A stretch of DNA of 64,000 nucleotides from Candidatus Latescibacterota bacterium (GCA_965248755.1 OZ252149.1:960001-1024000), one strand, 5' to 3'; positions 51,116-64,000 are shown, counted from the first letter of the stretch. Notes: generated by a model not told the origin, from the sequence alone. Numbers and translations are program-made.

Positions 51116-51146
51116 AACTTACCAGCGCCCTTCTATTCAGACGGAA

Positions 51147-51572
51147 TTACACCTTGTATATATCCTTCGTTCCGAAGAAGAATGTTATTTCAACCTCAGC
51201 GTTTTGGGGAGAATCGGATGCGTGGACAGCGTTATTTTGAACATCCGTGGCAAAGTCGCTTCTGATAGTTTCAGGTTCAGCCTCTTCGGGGTTAGTGGCT
51301 CCGATGACCTTTCTTAAATACTCGACGGCATCCTCCCGCTCTAACACCATCGGAACGATCCTGCCGGACGTCATAAAATCCAAAAGGCTCTCGTAGAAGC
51401 CCCTCTCTTTATGTACTTCGTAGAACCTTGCGGCTTCTTCCCTCCTCAGAGTTGTCATCTCCATAGCTAGAACTCTAAAGCCTTCTTTTTCGACTCTGCC
51501 TATTATCTCTCCTATATGGTTTTGAGACGCAGCATCAGGCTTGATTATCATCAAAGTTCTCTGCATAAGCAT
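51147..51572 (-). CDS. ndk: Nucleoside-diphosphate kinase
   Basis: RTLMIIKPDA, IGATNP and NAVHASDS motifs. Confidence 0.96.
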   Translation of the reverse strand: MLMQRTLMIIKPDAASQNHIGEIIGRVEKEGFRVLAMEMTTLRREEAARFYEVHKERGFYESLLDFMTSGRIVPMVLEREDAVEYLRKVIGATNPEEAEPETIRSDFATDVQNNAVHASDSPQNAEVEITFFFGTKDIYKV

Positions 51573-51591
51573 ACTCTAAAAGCCTATTGGC

Positions 51592-51759
51592 TTATCGCCT
51601 CCCACGTCGTGGGCCACGTAGATATTCCCGGCTTACGAGTTTGCGACCGATGAACTTGCTGATGATCCTGCGTAGAATCCTCACCGGATTCCCCGACGTC
51701 AAGGCCTGAAGATCGGCGCTTCTTAGAGCCATCCCAAAAAGTTTTGAAGTCAAAGACAT
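51592..51759 (-). CDS. Small basic hypothetical protein (55 aa)
   Basis: MSLTSKLFGMALRSADLQALTSGNPVRILRRIISKFIGRKLVSREYLRGPRRGRR; ends 19 nt before ndk. Confidence 0.55.
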   Translation of the reverse strand: MSLTSKLFGMALRSADLQALTSGNPVRILRRIISKFIGRKLVSREYLRGPRRGRR

Positions 51760-52048
51760 TGCTCGCCTTCTCGGTTTTGAGGCCTCAACACTGTCGACTG
51801 CATTCTGATGTAACGTAGCACACCAAAACGAGCAAAGGGAGGACTACGAATTTACTCAGCCCAACGACTAACTGCATGTTACTGTCAATGGATAACAAGA
51901 TAGGCTTTTTCGCCGTTCTTGTCAATATATATTTTTCTCCCAACAACACCCGATTTCTTTGAACTGTTGGAAAAGCCATCGTGGAACACAAGGTAATTTA
52001 TCGCCTGGATAGGGTGTATCCAACGACTTCTTGTGGAAAAGGTAAGAT

Positions 52049-53698
52049 CTATTTTAGAAGCGTCATCTTCTTTTGGAAGACGCCGCCTTGTGAAGTTCTG
52101 AGGAGCGCAAAATAGACCCCGCTTGAGACCGGATCGCGGTTCTTATCCCTACCGTCCCAGTTGAGACGATAGCTCCCCGCTCGGATTATCTCATTTAAAA
52201 GGCTGGCAATTCTTTGTCCCGAAGAATTGTATATATCAAGTTTGACCTGTGTGCGATCTCCTTCGTGAGGAACGAGGAAGGTAATAAAAGTTGTGGGATT
52301 AAAAGGATTCGGAAAGTTACCTTCCAGCTCCCAGTTCGAAGGCAGAAGGCCAAAATCTGTCTCTTCCTCCTGCACCAGCGAGATGGTACTCGCTTGAGCA
52401 GAGTATCGATAGTTGCCGCCAAAATCAGAGGTCTTTGCTACAACAAGCGTTACCGTATCTGCCTCTATAGCTTCCAAAGTAGAGTTTAAGTCCTCATCCG
52501 AAGCAGGAAAGTCCAGAATCTGAGCTTTTCCGTTCCTCCTCAATATCAAACGTGGAGTAAAGCCCTCCCCCCTGAACGTGATTTTGAGGTTCTCTCCAGT
52601 TACAAACTCTATATATTGAGCCGCCCATCCTTGGACTCGACCGGAGGACGTCTCAACTGGCAGTAAATTTTCCAGGGACGTTTCAGGTTTGTCTATGTCG
52701 AGTCCGCTGTAGCCATACTTGCCGTTGCCATCCAGATAATTGGCGACTGTCCAGTCTGAGAAGATATCCTTGAATTGAGCGGCCAATTCCAGCTTCTGAA
52801 GAGTCCTATCTATCCCCAAAATACCGTTCTCTTTGGTATCCACAAGCTCCCTTACAGTGGGAAGTCCTCCGTAGTGTTCCGCAAAATACGATACAAAGAG
52901 GAAGGTCTTGTCGTAGTCCGCCTCTGTGGCTATCGGAAGGGAGAAAAATGTCAGACTGTTGTTGGGATTAGGTGGGAAGAGGGTCCCGTAGCGTTCGTCA
53001 GCGTAGCCACATATATCCTCAGCATAGCCGGACAGTCCTTCGTTGATCCAGGCGTCCTCATCAATATCGTGCGCCCAATGTATCAGATGCTGGAATTCAT
53101 GCGCCAGCGTAGCCTTGGCCAATCGACTTTCTAGATCCAGTGGATCGCTGTCTAAATAGACTATCTCCCTGCCCCTGGAGGGAACCTGATTGTTGAAATC
53201 GAAGTAACCAGCTACAAAGTTGGTCAAAGTTCCCGGCAGGTGACCGTCCTGAATGTCCAAAAGGACTATGTATATCCGGGGATCAGCGTCCACATCGGGA
53301 GGATCGCCAAAAGCAGAGATATCGATTTGGAATATCCCTTTTCCCGGATCGGCGTCTGTAGACTCGTCGAAGATATGTGCCATAAGCTCCACGTCTTCCT
53401 GGGTCACATTCAAGTTCCACTGAGAATCCTCCACAAAGACGTAGCAATTAGCTCCGACAATTCGTAAGGTTGTCTCTATATCGTAGCGCCCTGAGGTCAG
53501 GAAACTGTAGGCTTTAAACATCTCAGACTTCCCCAGGGATATGGGCTTAGATGAAGGCAAAGACAAAGGCTTTGGAGGTGAATCAGGTGATCTATCCCGG
53601 ATACGGGACGTCCCGCATATCCCTTTTGAAAAGCATTCTTCGGCTCTGGGACTGGCGGGGAAAGTTGCTAAAAGCACAAAAAGAAGGATAAGAAACAT
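52049..53698 (-). CDS. Secreted zinc metallopeptidase (M30-like) with T9SS-type C-terminal domain
   Basis: TLAHEFQHLIH...WINEGLS; C-terminal NFPNPFNP...SGVYF...KKMTLLK. Confidence 0.85.
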   Translation of the reverse strand: MFLILLFVLLATFPASPRAEECFSKGICGTSRIRDRSPDSPPKPLSLPSSKPISLGKSEMFKAYSFLTSGRYDIETTLRIVGANCYVFVEDSQWNLNVTQEDVELMAHIFDESTDADPGKGIFQIDISAFGDPPDVDADPRIYIVLLDIQDGHLPGTLTNFVAGYFDFNNQVPSRGREIVYLDSDPLDLESRLAKATLAHEFQHLIHWAHDIDEDAWINEGLSGYAEDICGYADERYGTLFPPNPNNSLTFFSLPIATEADYDKTFLFVSYFAEHYGGLPTVRELVDTKENGILGIDRTLQKLELAAQFKDIFSDWTVANYLDGNGKYGYSGLDIDKPETSLENLLPVETSSGRVQGWAAQYIEFVTGENLKITFRGEGFTPRLILRRNGKAQILDFPASDEDLNSTLEAIEADTVTLVVAKTSDFGGNYRYSAQASTISLVQEEETDFGLLPSNWELEGNFPNPFNPTTFITFLVPHEGDRTQVKLDIYNSSGQRIASLLNEIIRAGSYRLNWDGRDKNRDPVSSGVYFALLRTSQGGVFQKKMTLLK

Positions 53699-53921
53699 TT
53701 CAAGTATTAGGTCAAAATAGTCCCGACAGGATTATGAAGTTCTGAAATAATGGACAGCGTACAGGGAGAGGTAGTCTAATTAAGATTGTTTCTGGCTTCG
53801 TCCCTTGCAATGACTGGTAGTGGATAGTAGCACGTCATTGCGAGCGAAGCGAAGCAATCTCAAGGGAGGGGAAGCGGTGCCCTGTCTACTGTCTACTGTC
53901 TGCTGACTGCTATCTACTTGT

Positions 53922-54590
53922 TTAGAAGTGCTTCGATAGTCCGATGTGAATGTGGGATACATAGTCCGTCTCTACGCGGAAACTTAAGTCTCGATCCGAG
54001 GGAAGACTTCTATCAAGATCCTTTGCTACTCTTGAAGCGTTGATCGCGCTTATGGTCCTGATCAGAACACCAGCACCTATGGCAAAGAGCGATCTTCGCC
54101 GGGCAACTTCACTGCTGTTTTTGAGCTCTCTATATCTTTTTCTGGATTCTCTAGAGTTCCATTCCCACACAGAAGCCGGATCGTCCTCAGAGTAGACGAA
54201 TCCGCCGGGACCCTCATCTGCGCGGGCTGTGCTGTTGTGCTCGTACACGCTGGAGTAAAATCCGAGGTCGTCGAAGAACTCTTGCGACTTTCCCCCAGGC
54301 GACGCTTTAGCGTGCACAGCAGCAAATGTCTTATAGTCCTCTTCCCGTATGTTCCCGTACTTCCTGAAAGCCGCGAAACTAGCCCAGACTGCTGCCTCAG
54401 TACTCCAGAAGAACTTCGTCGTCCTGTTCATGCCCTGGACGGAGTATTCCCCAAGACCGGGAACGATCAATGACAAAACGAACGCTCCTTTTGAGGACTT
54501 CGTCTGGGCGCAAGCTTGCGGCGTGAACAGCATTCCGCCAATTAAACCCAGAAGAATTGCAATCTGCAAGAGCCTTCTCATCTGTCTCAT
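53922..54590 (-). CDS. Exported/membrane hypothetical protein (paralog of 54636..55547)
   Basis: AFVLSLIVPGLGEY motif shared with its neighbour; C-terminal SKHF; the ORF-track N-terminus is repeat-derived. Confidence 0.7.
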   Translation of the reverse strand: MRQMRRLLQIAILLGLIGGMLFTPQACAQTKSSKGAFVLSLIVPGLGEYSVQGMNRTTKFFWSTEAAVWASFAAFRKYGNIREEDYKTFAAVHAKASPGGKSQEFFDDLGFYSSVYEHNSTARADEGPGGFVYSEDDPASVWEWNSRESRKRYRELKNSSEVARRRSLFAIGAGVLIRTISAINASRVAKDLDRSLPSDRDLSFRVETDYVSHIHIGLSKHF

Positions 54591-54596
54591 CCGTCT

Positions 54597-54624
54597 GTCA
54601 TTTCCGCGAAAGCGGGAATCCAGT
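54597..54624. repeat. GTCATT(T/C)CCGCGAAAGCGGGAATCCAG-type hairpin repeat (related copy at 39055-39078)
   Basis: Hairpin CCGC-GAAA-GCGG followed by GAATCCAG. Confidence 0.65.
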
Positions 54625-54635
54625 GTCGGGAACAA

Positions 54636-55547
54636 TTAGAACCTCCTGGACAAATATACCATCAACACATCGCGGCCGTCCCTGTTCTCCATTCTCGCTT
54701 TGAACTTGGTCTTTCTTTCTAATAACGCGTTTCCCTTCAGGGACTTTGCATGAAGAGCCGCATCTACAGCGCTTACTACATGGTTGAACAGAACCGCGCC
54801 CGTGCTGAAGGACGCCCTTTTGAGATTTCTGTTGCTGTCGTCTCTTCTATCTTCGTATTGTTCTCGTATTACGGACGTTACAGTGTATGTACGATCGAAA
54901 GAGCCATCGCTATTGGGACCTTTACTCCTGTCCTCCCAGCCATAGACGAACTGATCGTACTTGCCTATCAGTTCGTAGTACTGCTGAATATCCTCTTCCT
55001 TGGAAGGCAGAACGTGCGTAGTATCTCCGCGGGTAGATCCTGAGCTGAGCCATTCTAAATATCTTTCTCTACCCCAGTTTTGATCGGCAAAGGCCCGAAA
55101 CTCCTTTTCTATGTCATTTCCCCTGTCTCTAAATATTCCGTACGATATCCAGGAGGCGATCTCAATCCCCAGAAAAGCTATACCCCTTTTTTTCGCCCCA
55201 CTGTATAGTTCCCCCAGCCCCGGCACAAGCAGAGAAAATAAAAACGCCTTTTTAGGAGACTTGGCACTGTAATTCATCTTTACAGGATCGGATTTACTTG
55301 CAAATTTCACCTGATGTCTTGCACCGTCAAACATATCAGGATCGATTTTCTCGGACAACTCAAATCGGTTCAGGCTACTTTTATCCACAGCCAGAAGCAG
55401 TTGTGCAGACTCAGCGAACTTCTGCGCACCAGAAATCGTATCGGACGCTCCACTGGAGACAAGTATTGACGCTACAACCTCGGAAGCTCCCGATAAAACA
55501 GCCACAGTGAGGATCGTCAGGATAGCTTTCATGTTCATTTTTTCCAT
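54636..55547 (-). CDS. Exported/membrane hypothetical protein
   Basis: KSPKKAFLFSLLVPGLGELY, QQYYELIGKYDQFVYGW and NHVVSAVDA segments; C-terminal Phe. Confidence 0.75.
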   Translation of the reverse strand: MEKMNMKAILTILTVAVLSGASEVVASILVSSGASDTISGAQKFAESAQLLLAVDKSSLNRFELSEKIDPDMFDGARHQVKFASKSDPVKMNYSAKSPKKAFLFSLLVPGLGELYSGAKKRGIAFLGIEIASWISYGIFRDRGNDIEKEFRAFADQNWGRERYLEWLSSGSTRGDTTHVLPSKEEDIQQYYELIGKYDQFVYGWEDRSKGPNSDGSFDRTYTVTSVIREQYEDRRDDSNRNLKRASFSTGAVLFNHVVSAVDAALHAKSLKGNALLERKTKFKARMENRDGRDVLMVYLSRRF

Positions 55548-55713
55548 TTAGCAACATAAAAGGAGCGATTTTGCAGGATAAGATTGCCTCGCTCCCCCCG
55601 ATTAAATCAGGGGGTCGCAATGACGTTGCTTGGCTTCAACCTTCAGTTATTGCGAGGGGTAAAACCCCGAAGCAATCTCAATCTGTCGTTGAAACAATTT
55701 TGCAATACTCATT

Positions 55714-58719
<3,006 letters not shown>

Positions 58720-58742
58720 CGTCCCCTCCCTATGTTTGCCAT

Positions 58743-58907
58743 AGGACGAACACGTGGGTTCGCCCCTACTTTGCCTTTCGCTGTCTACTATTTGCTGTTT
58801 GGTGATAAGGATCATATTTCGCTCTTTCCAAATATAGATACCACATTAAGAAATGGCACTAAAATCCAGCAATAAATAATGTAGGGGCGAGGTGATCTCG
58901 CACCTAC
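58743..58907. repeat. GTAG-type REP-like palindromes (AGGACGAACACGTGGGTTCGCCCCTAC; GTAGGGGCGAGGTGATCTCGCACCTAC)
   Basis: GTAG foot plus GC-rich hairpin; related copy at ~13830-13847. Confidence 0.6.
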
Positions 58908-58917
58908 TATACGCTGT

Positions 58918-61900
58918 TTACTTACTCACGGCCGCCTTTATGAAGACCTCTTCCTGTTTCCCGTTACCCGTAGCCTCAAGCCGAAAGATGTAAAGACCGC
59001 TTGCGTAATTGCTCATATCCATCAGGATTTCATTATCCGACACCGGTTCTAAATCGTCCTTTGACATCTCTCCCACAAGCTCTCCCGCTCCGTTGAACAT
59101 TTTGACGTTTATCCTGGCTTCTCCTCCCAGGAAGAACCTTAAATGAGCCGAATCACCATCTATGGGATTGGGATAACAGTAAGCTCTGTCCGAAGGCAGA
59201 AGACTTACAGATTGCGGGGGGGGGGATGTAACACCCGGATAGACTCCTGGATTAGCCGGACCTGCGTTTGACTGACCCCACGTTATATCGGTTCCCGTGT
59301 AGGATGAAGCTATCTTGGATATGTCCCAGACATGAGCAGTACCCGAGGCGGTCAGAGCGCACAGTTCGAGGCGGTCATCGCCATCCAAATCATCTATTAC
59401 AAGCGATGAGACGATATCTCCTATCGAGGTTAGAGGAAATCCGGAGGCTATTTGACCGTCAGAACGGAGGGCGTAGACCAGATCTTGCGATGTCCCGAAA
59501 ATTATCTCCTGATCCCCGTCGCCATCTATGTCAGCCGCGATAGGCGAAGATGCGATCCCTCCGACCTTATCCTTCAGAGGCAAAATGAGGGGAAAATTGG
59601 CCTCTGGGATGCCGTTAAACCTCCAGGCGTGCACCTTTCCCTCTCCCGTAAATACAACCTCCAAAGAACCGTCTCCATCCAGATCGGTCAAAATAGGGGA
59701 CGACCGAATATCATCTCCGATATCTGCCTGGAACAGCGGACGTTCCTCCCCGATAGACTCAATCAGGGATTTAGAATAGACAGTCAAAATCCCATTTTCT
59801 GACAGGAGGATAATTTCAACCTTCCCGTCTCCATCCATATCTCCAAGCACGGGAGAACCTGAGGGACGACCTTCGATATTGCCGACCGGAGCTTGCTCTC
59901 CGCTTCCGTCCTCTCCTACGATAAATAGTTCTCCCTCTTCGTTGACAGCAATTATGTCCTTGCCCTTTATTGCTATCCCGACTATCTTTGACCCTCCTGT
60001 TTCGACTTTGCGAAGGAGGCTCCCATCCTGGCCATCTAAAATGGCAATTGAACCGTCGTCTGAGCCTACTATAACTTCTCCTGTCGCATCCGTATCCACG
60101 TTAGAGATAATTGGAGCCGTCGAGGCACCTATCCCCTCTATTCTCCACAGTAGAGAAGTGGACTCAGAGTTCCAAGAAGATACGTCTCCGTTTTCGTGAA
60201 CCAGCACGACTTCTGGCGTCAAATCCCCATCCACATCGCCTACCGCAGGGTCGAGTAGGACACCAGAATCCGTCTGAAAGGCAGAAAGAGTCGTCCCATC
60301 CAACCTCCAGATATGCACATTGCCATCGCGCGCGACGGCTATTATCTCTTTTTCCCCATCTCCATTTACATTAACGGTCTTCGGAGACGCCACGAATCCC
60401 GACGGCAAAGAGAGCGGCCATCCTTCCTTATTTGCGTTAAACGTAATTTCCACCGTCATTTCATCTTGTAGAGAGTCCTTCACAACTATCGTAATACCCG
60501 TCACTGTCCCGGACTTGCTATCTGAACTCGGGACAGTAGAGGGCGAAAAGGCCGTCGCTCCGCCCACAAAAAAAGGATCTTTCTTTGACCCGGCGATCCC
60601 GGCGATCCTATCGAAATTAAGATTGCCGATGTCCTCATAGCCGTCTGCCTCTTCAAGGTCTATGCCTCTGTCAAAGGAATCATCATTTATACTTCCTGTA
60701 GCTCTTTTTCCCCTTATAACGGCCTTGTCTATATGCCATATCAATATCCCTGATCCGGGGATATAGGAATCGTAGCTGTCGACGGAGAGCCACACTCCCG
60801 CGCTGTCCCCTGTCGAATACTCCACATCGGGAAGTTCACCCTCCCGTCGTCTCATCTGTCTGTTTTCCAGGAGAAAGTATTCGTCGGAGTCTATGGGAAC
60901 CAAAACCGCTTTGGGGTGGTGGGACGAAATGTCTGTTGCTGCAATGGTCAGAGTCGTATCTCTGGTCACCTTTAGGGGGTCTATCCATCCGAGTTCTATC
61001 TTCGACCACGCCATGGGATAGCTCGGAACGTATCCCAGAAGCCCAGCTCCCACGTTTATAAATCCAGTATCCATCAAACTCCAGCCACCTACGGCGGGGA
61101 GATTATCTTCAAAGTTCGATAGCCCCGGAAGTCCCAGTTGATTCCCAAAGATCCGCGCCGCCGTCCCGTTCAAGCCGCCTACGCCATTTTGACTTATAGA
61201 CTCCGGAAGTATCCAACCGTTATCTATGGCGAAAGATCCTTCCTCCACAAAGACAGGACCGCCCACAAAAGTATCAAAGTCACGAGGAGATAGATAGGCA
61301 GATGGGATATCGTTCAAAGCTCCTGTGCTGCCGTCCATCCCTGCGTGGATGACCAGAAAACTGTTGTACTGCTCAAAATCTAAGTTGTCCCCTTCCACAG
61401 AATCGGCCAAGGATAAGGCGTTCTTAAACAGATCAACCAACCTTTGATCGATCTCGTCCTGATTCCTCCCGTTTCCGTAGCTTATCATTGTTCGTCGGAG
61501 CTTGTAGCTGGAGTCCTGTTTTGTCGGGAAGACATCGAATCGGATCTCTACCTTGCCCTCTGAGACTTTATCGTAGTAGTTGGCAAGGGCCTGAAGATGC
61601 CATTCGAAGTACTGGCGATTGTGCGGGGGGGTGTCGTAGGGAAATTCATACGAGGGGAGGGCTTCCTGGAAGCTCCTCAGATCAAATATACCGTCCCCTG
61701 TGGTTGTAGGATCGTCCGGCTCCTCTTTAGGGAACTCCACCCTTAGTGCCAAAATGTTCCACACGGAGTCGACCCCCCCGATTAAATCGGGGGTCGACCT
61801 CTCTTGGTCCGAGGACGAAGATGCGGCAAACGATAACACCAAGCAAAGAGCAGATAGGCTAAGGCAAAGACAGCTACGCAGTTCCTTCGCCTTTCCCTTC

Positions 61901-61965
61901 TTCTTTCTATAGTGTGGACGTTCCTTTGCCTTAGGAGCGTTGCAAGAAGGCTTTGCCATCCTCAC
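58918..61965 (-). CDS. M6 (immune inhibitor A)-like domain lacking HExxH + FG-GAP repeats + T9SS-type C-terminal domain
   Basis: ILALRVEF, VIHAG, WSLMD.G, AWSKIELGW, EYFLLENR, GILIWH and LEEADG segments; GDVDGD repeats; YCYPNP...SGLYIF. Confidence 0.82.
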   Translation of the reverse strand: MRMAKPSCNAPKAKERPHYRKKKGKAKELRSCLCLSLSALCLVLSFAASSSSDQERSTPDLIGGVDSVWNILALRVEFPKEEPDDPTTTGDGIFDLRSFQEALPSYEFPYDTPPHNRQYFEWHLQALANYYDKVSEGKVEIRFDVFPTKQDSSYKLRRTMISYGNGRNQDEIDQRLVDLFKNALSLADSVEGDNLDFEQYNSFLVIHAGMDGSTGALNDIPSAYLSPRDFDTFVGGPVFVEEGSFAIDNGWILPESISQNGVGGLNGTAARIFGNQLGLPGLSNFEDNLPAVGGWSLMDTGFINVGAGLLGYVPSYPMAWSKIELGWIDPLKVTRDTTLTIAATDISSHHPKAVLVPIDSDEYFLLENRQMRRREGELPDVEYSTGDSAGVWLSVDSYDSYIPGSGILIWHIDKAVIRGKRATGSINDDSFDRGIDLEEADGYEDIGNLNFDRIAGIAGSKKDPFFVGGATAFSPSTVPSSDSKSGTVTGITIVVKDSLQDEMTVEITFNANKEGWPLSLPSGFVASPKTVNVNGDGEKEIIAVARDGNVHIWRLDGTTLSAFQTDSGVLLDPAVGDVDGDLTPEVVLVHENGDVSSWNSESTSLLWRIEGIGASTAPIISNVDTDATGEVIVGSDDGSIAILDGQDGSLLRKVETGGSKIVGIAIKGKDIIAVNEEGELFIVGEDGSGEQAPVGNIEGRPSGSPVLGDMDGDGKVEIILLSENGILTVYSKSLIESIGEERPLFQADIGDDIRSSPILTDLDGDGSLEVVFTGEGKVHAWRFNGIPEANFPLILPLKDKVGGIASSPIAADIDGDGDQEIIFGTSQDLVYALRSDGQIASGFPLTSIGDIVSSLVIDDLDGDDRLELCALTASGTAHVWDISKIASSYTGTDITWGQSNAGPANPGVYPGVTSPPPQSVSLLPSDRAYCYPNPIDGDSAHLRFFLGGEARINVKMFNGAGELVGEMSKDDLEPVSDNEILMDMSNYASGLYIFRLEATGNGKQEEVFIKAAVSK

Positions 61966-61981
61966 AGGTGGACGATCCGCC

Positions 61982-63037
61982 TTAGAAGTTCAAGTTTACC
62001 GAAAACTTCGTGCTGTCCTGGAGGGGAGAATCCTTCGAACCGCCAGAGATGTAGGCAAAATCGAATCTCACCCAGTCGTACTTGAGACCTACGCCGAAAG
62101 TCGGGGTTTTGATCTCGCCGTCCTTGTCGTAGGTGTAACCGGCTCTCAGAGCGAAAAAGGAGTTTTGATTGGGATCCAGAAAGTACTGATACTCTCCTCC
62201 CAAGTGGATGTCAATTTCGTCTCTTTCATTCTTGAAGGATTCATCTCCCCACGCCTTGACCAAAGCTACCAGGAAGTTACTGTCCCTGGTTATTAAGGGC
62301 TTATAGAAGTCGGTCGTCAGCATTATGTCGTTAAACTCGGTGTTGAGGATCTTGTACGACGCTCCGACTACGATGTGCTGAGGTAGTGGATCTGCCTGAG
62401 AAGCATCTACGAAGCTGATTTTGGGCCCCAGGTTGCGAAGGGCGACTCCGAAGTTGATGCCGTCTTCTGAGCGCCGCAGGTAGCCAAGATCGGTGGCGAA
62501 CGTTGTGCCGACGCCATCTCCTCTCTCCTTACCGGTGCCTACACCTGCAAGATTGCTGCGGATTATCTTGAGCGTAAGACCCGCTGCACTCTCTTTAGTT
62601 ACAAACGCTCCGTACGAAAGTGAAAGGGCAAAATCGTAGCTGGAGAACGTTCCTAAATCGTTGTTGAACTCGTCTCTCCTTTCCTGAGTTCCCAAAGTGA
62701 GGAACGAAAGGTTGACCCCGAAGTTTCCCCATCCTTCAATAGGCTGAGAGTATCCGACAAACTCGAAGAACAGGTCATCCGCCAGCCCTGGAAGCCACTT
62801 GGTATGGGTAAAGGTCATATCCCTCTTTTTCTGTCCCGCTAAGCCAGCAGGATTAAAGTAGCTGGCTGTGGCGTCGTCCGCTATAGAAACGTAAGCGTCG
62901 CCTAAGGCTGAGGCCCGTGCCCCCGGCTCTATCAACAGAAAGAGGACAGCAGCCTGGCTTTCTGGCGTAGCCTCTGAAGGTGGTGCAAGAGAGAGGAACA
63001 TTATCGCTGAGATGACGATACGAATGACTAGTTGCAT
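61982..63037 (-). CDS. porV: PorV/PorQ family T9SS outer-membrane protein
   Basis: FLLIEPGARASALGDA...DATASYFNPAGLA; terminal NLNF; start moved to MQLVIR (SD AAGGAGG). Confidence 0.85.
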   Translation of the reverse strand: MQLVIRIVISAIMFLSLAPPSEATPESQAAVLFLLIEPGARASALGDAYVSIADDATASYFNPAGLAGQKKRDMTFTHTKWLPGLADDLFFEFVGYSQPIEGWGNFGVNLSFLTLGTQERRDEFNNDLGTFSSYDFALSLSYGAFVTKESAAGLTLKIIRSNLAGVGTGKERGDGVGTTFATDLGYLRRSEDGINFGVALRNLGPKISFVDASQADPLPQHIVVGASYKILNTEFNDIMLTTDFYKPLITRDSNFLVALVKAWGDESFKNERDEIDIHLGGEYQYFLDPNQNSFFALRAGYTYDKDGEIKTPTFGVGLKYDWVRFDFAYISGGSKDSPLQDSTKFSVNLNF

Positions 63038-63178
63038 TTTTACCTCCTTTTGACAAAGGGAATAAAATAATTCCTTTGAGATTGCTTCGGGGTTCCACCC
63101 CTCGCAATGACTAAGGCAAAAGCCAAGCAAACTGTCATTGCGGGCGAAGCGAGGCAAACTCAATTCTGTCCTGGTTGA

Positions 63179-64000
63179 CTATCTCATAACTACAATCTTA
63201 TCCGTCTTTTCATCTTTGTCTCCTCCAGATCCGAGGACCTCAATTTTGTAGAGATATACGCCGTTTGCTAACTTGACATCGGGTATCCAACCAGTCTGGT
63301 TGTATCCCGTTCCAGTCTCCCCCTCAAGATCGTCTATAAGTCTGCCTGAAGGTGAGAACACTTTGATCTTTACCCTCCTAGCTGGATGACTGAGTTCGTA
63401 CGTGAAGGTCGTTTGGGACGTCATCGGATTCGGATAGCACAAAAGGTTTGAAACCGAAAACTCCCTTTCGGAAGCTACCACGACCCGTACAACCTTCTTG
63501 GATGAATTGTTGAACGTATCCCAGGCTTTAACTACTATAGTATGTTCTCCTTCTGAAAGCTGCGGGAGTTGATACTTCAGAACCCCCATCTGGTAGCCGT
63601 CTTGGTTTACAAAGTTATCCGTAACCTTAAAGACCTTTTCGTCATCTATTTTGATCTGTATCTCGTGCCCTATTTCCCCTGTTACGTTTATTCCGTTTTC
63701 GTCCTGGATAGTCGCTTCTAGAATAGGAGTGCGCGATACAAAATCCCCGTCTTGAAAGCCTTTTTGTCCCTGGAATCCTATCTCAATAGTAGGTCCTGTC
63801 TCATCTTGCACGGAAGTTTCTGCAGTTCCAGTTATAGATATAGACTCAACTTCACCTGTGCCTGAGATCCTGTCGTTCCATACAAACGCGCTTATTCTGG
63901 CAAAACGCCCCCCGTATGTTATGTCCTTGGGGACCTTAAAAGCGCCCTCAAAGTGACCGTTATCCACGGGGAGGGTGCCTTTAAATATAGTAGCTCCGGG
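63179..64000 (-). CDS. porU: PorU-like T9SS sortase (C25 family), C-terminal part; 5' end outside the window
   Basis: F.VPKDITY, DETGPTI, DENGINVTGEIGH, KAWDTFNN, YPNP and ANGVYLY segments; directly upstream of porV. Confidence 0.8.
   Translation of the reverse strand, partial: PGATIFKGTLPVDNGHFEGAFKVPKDITYGGRFARISAFVWNDRISGTGEVESISITGTAETSVQDETGPTIEIGFQGQKGFQDGDFVSRTPILEATIQDENGINVTGEIGHEIQIKIDDEKVFKVTDNFVNQDGYQMGVLKYQLPQLSEGEHTIVVKAWDTFNNSSKKVVRVVVASEREFSVSNLLCYPNPMTSQTTFTYELSHPARRVKIKVFSPSGRLIDDLEGETGTGYNQTGWIPDVKLANGVYLYKIEVLGSGGDKDEKTDKIVVMR

Noticed and set aside
63038..63163. Long N-terminal extensions in the ORF track (porV; also 13385-13495, 54591-54635, 58720-58815)
   Set aside because: Translations of intergenic MITE/REP repeats; downstream ATGs fit the domain starts better, most with a clear SD

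Overview
Bacterial chromosomal window, probably from an FCB-group (Latescibacterota/KSB1/Zixibacteria-like) diderm. This lineage call is inferred from the Por/T9SS-type C-terminal sorting domains, porU/porV and a dockerin-like tail. About 1-28 kb is a mosaic accessory region. It holds a class III aminotransferase, an alkaline phosphatase-IPT-dockerin fusion, three creatininase-family paralogs, PhyH, a dead IS481-like element interrupted by an IS3-family element, purE-tsaC, a RelE-type TA module bracketed by a duplicated tsaC 3' end, and a decaying DtxR/Feo/porin/FMN-binding/PepSY iron operon carrying a second IS3 copy. At 28.0-37.4 kb is the most striking locus, two tandem four-gene cassettes. 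Each has a conserved T9SS-CTD protein and a CBM9-like/TPR protein whose C-terminal tip is swapped at a QYSIG motif, followed by a different exported peptidoglycan hydrolase (NlpC/P60 or peptidase M15) and a different exported partner protein. This resembles an undescribed polymorphic effector/immunity system. About 39-52 kb is housekeeping (opp ABC genes, lipoate ligase, rnc, fabF-acpP-fabG-fabD-fabH-plsX-rpmF, yceD, ndk) with an Mrr nuclease inserted between yceD and rpmF. About 52-64 kb is a T9SS-associated porU-porV operon that includes an M6-like peptidase lacking its HExxH motif. Several small dispersed repeat families occur throughout, some inside coding sequences. I recognised no rRNA, tRNA or CRISPR array.
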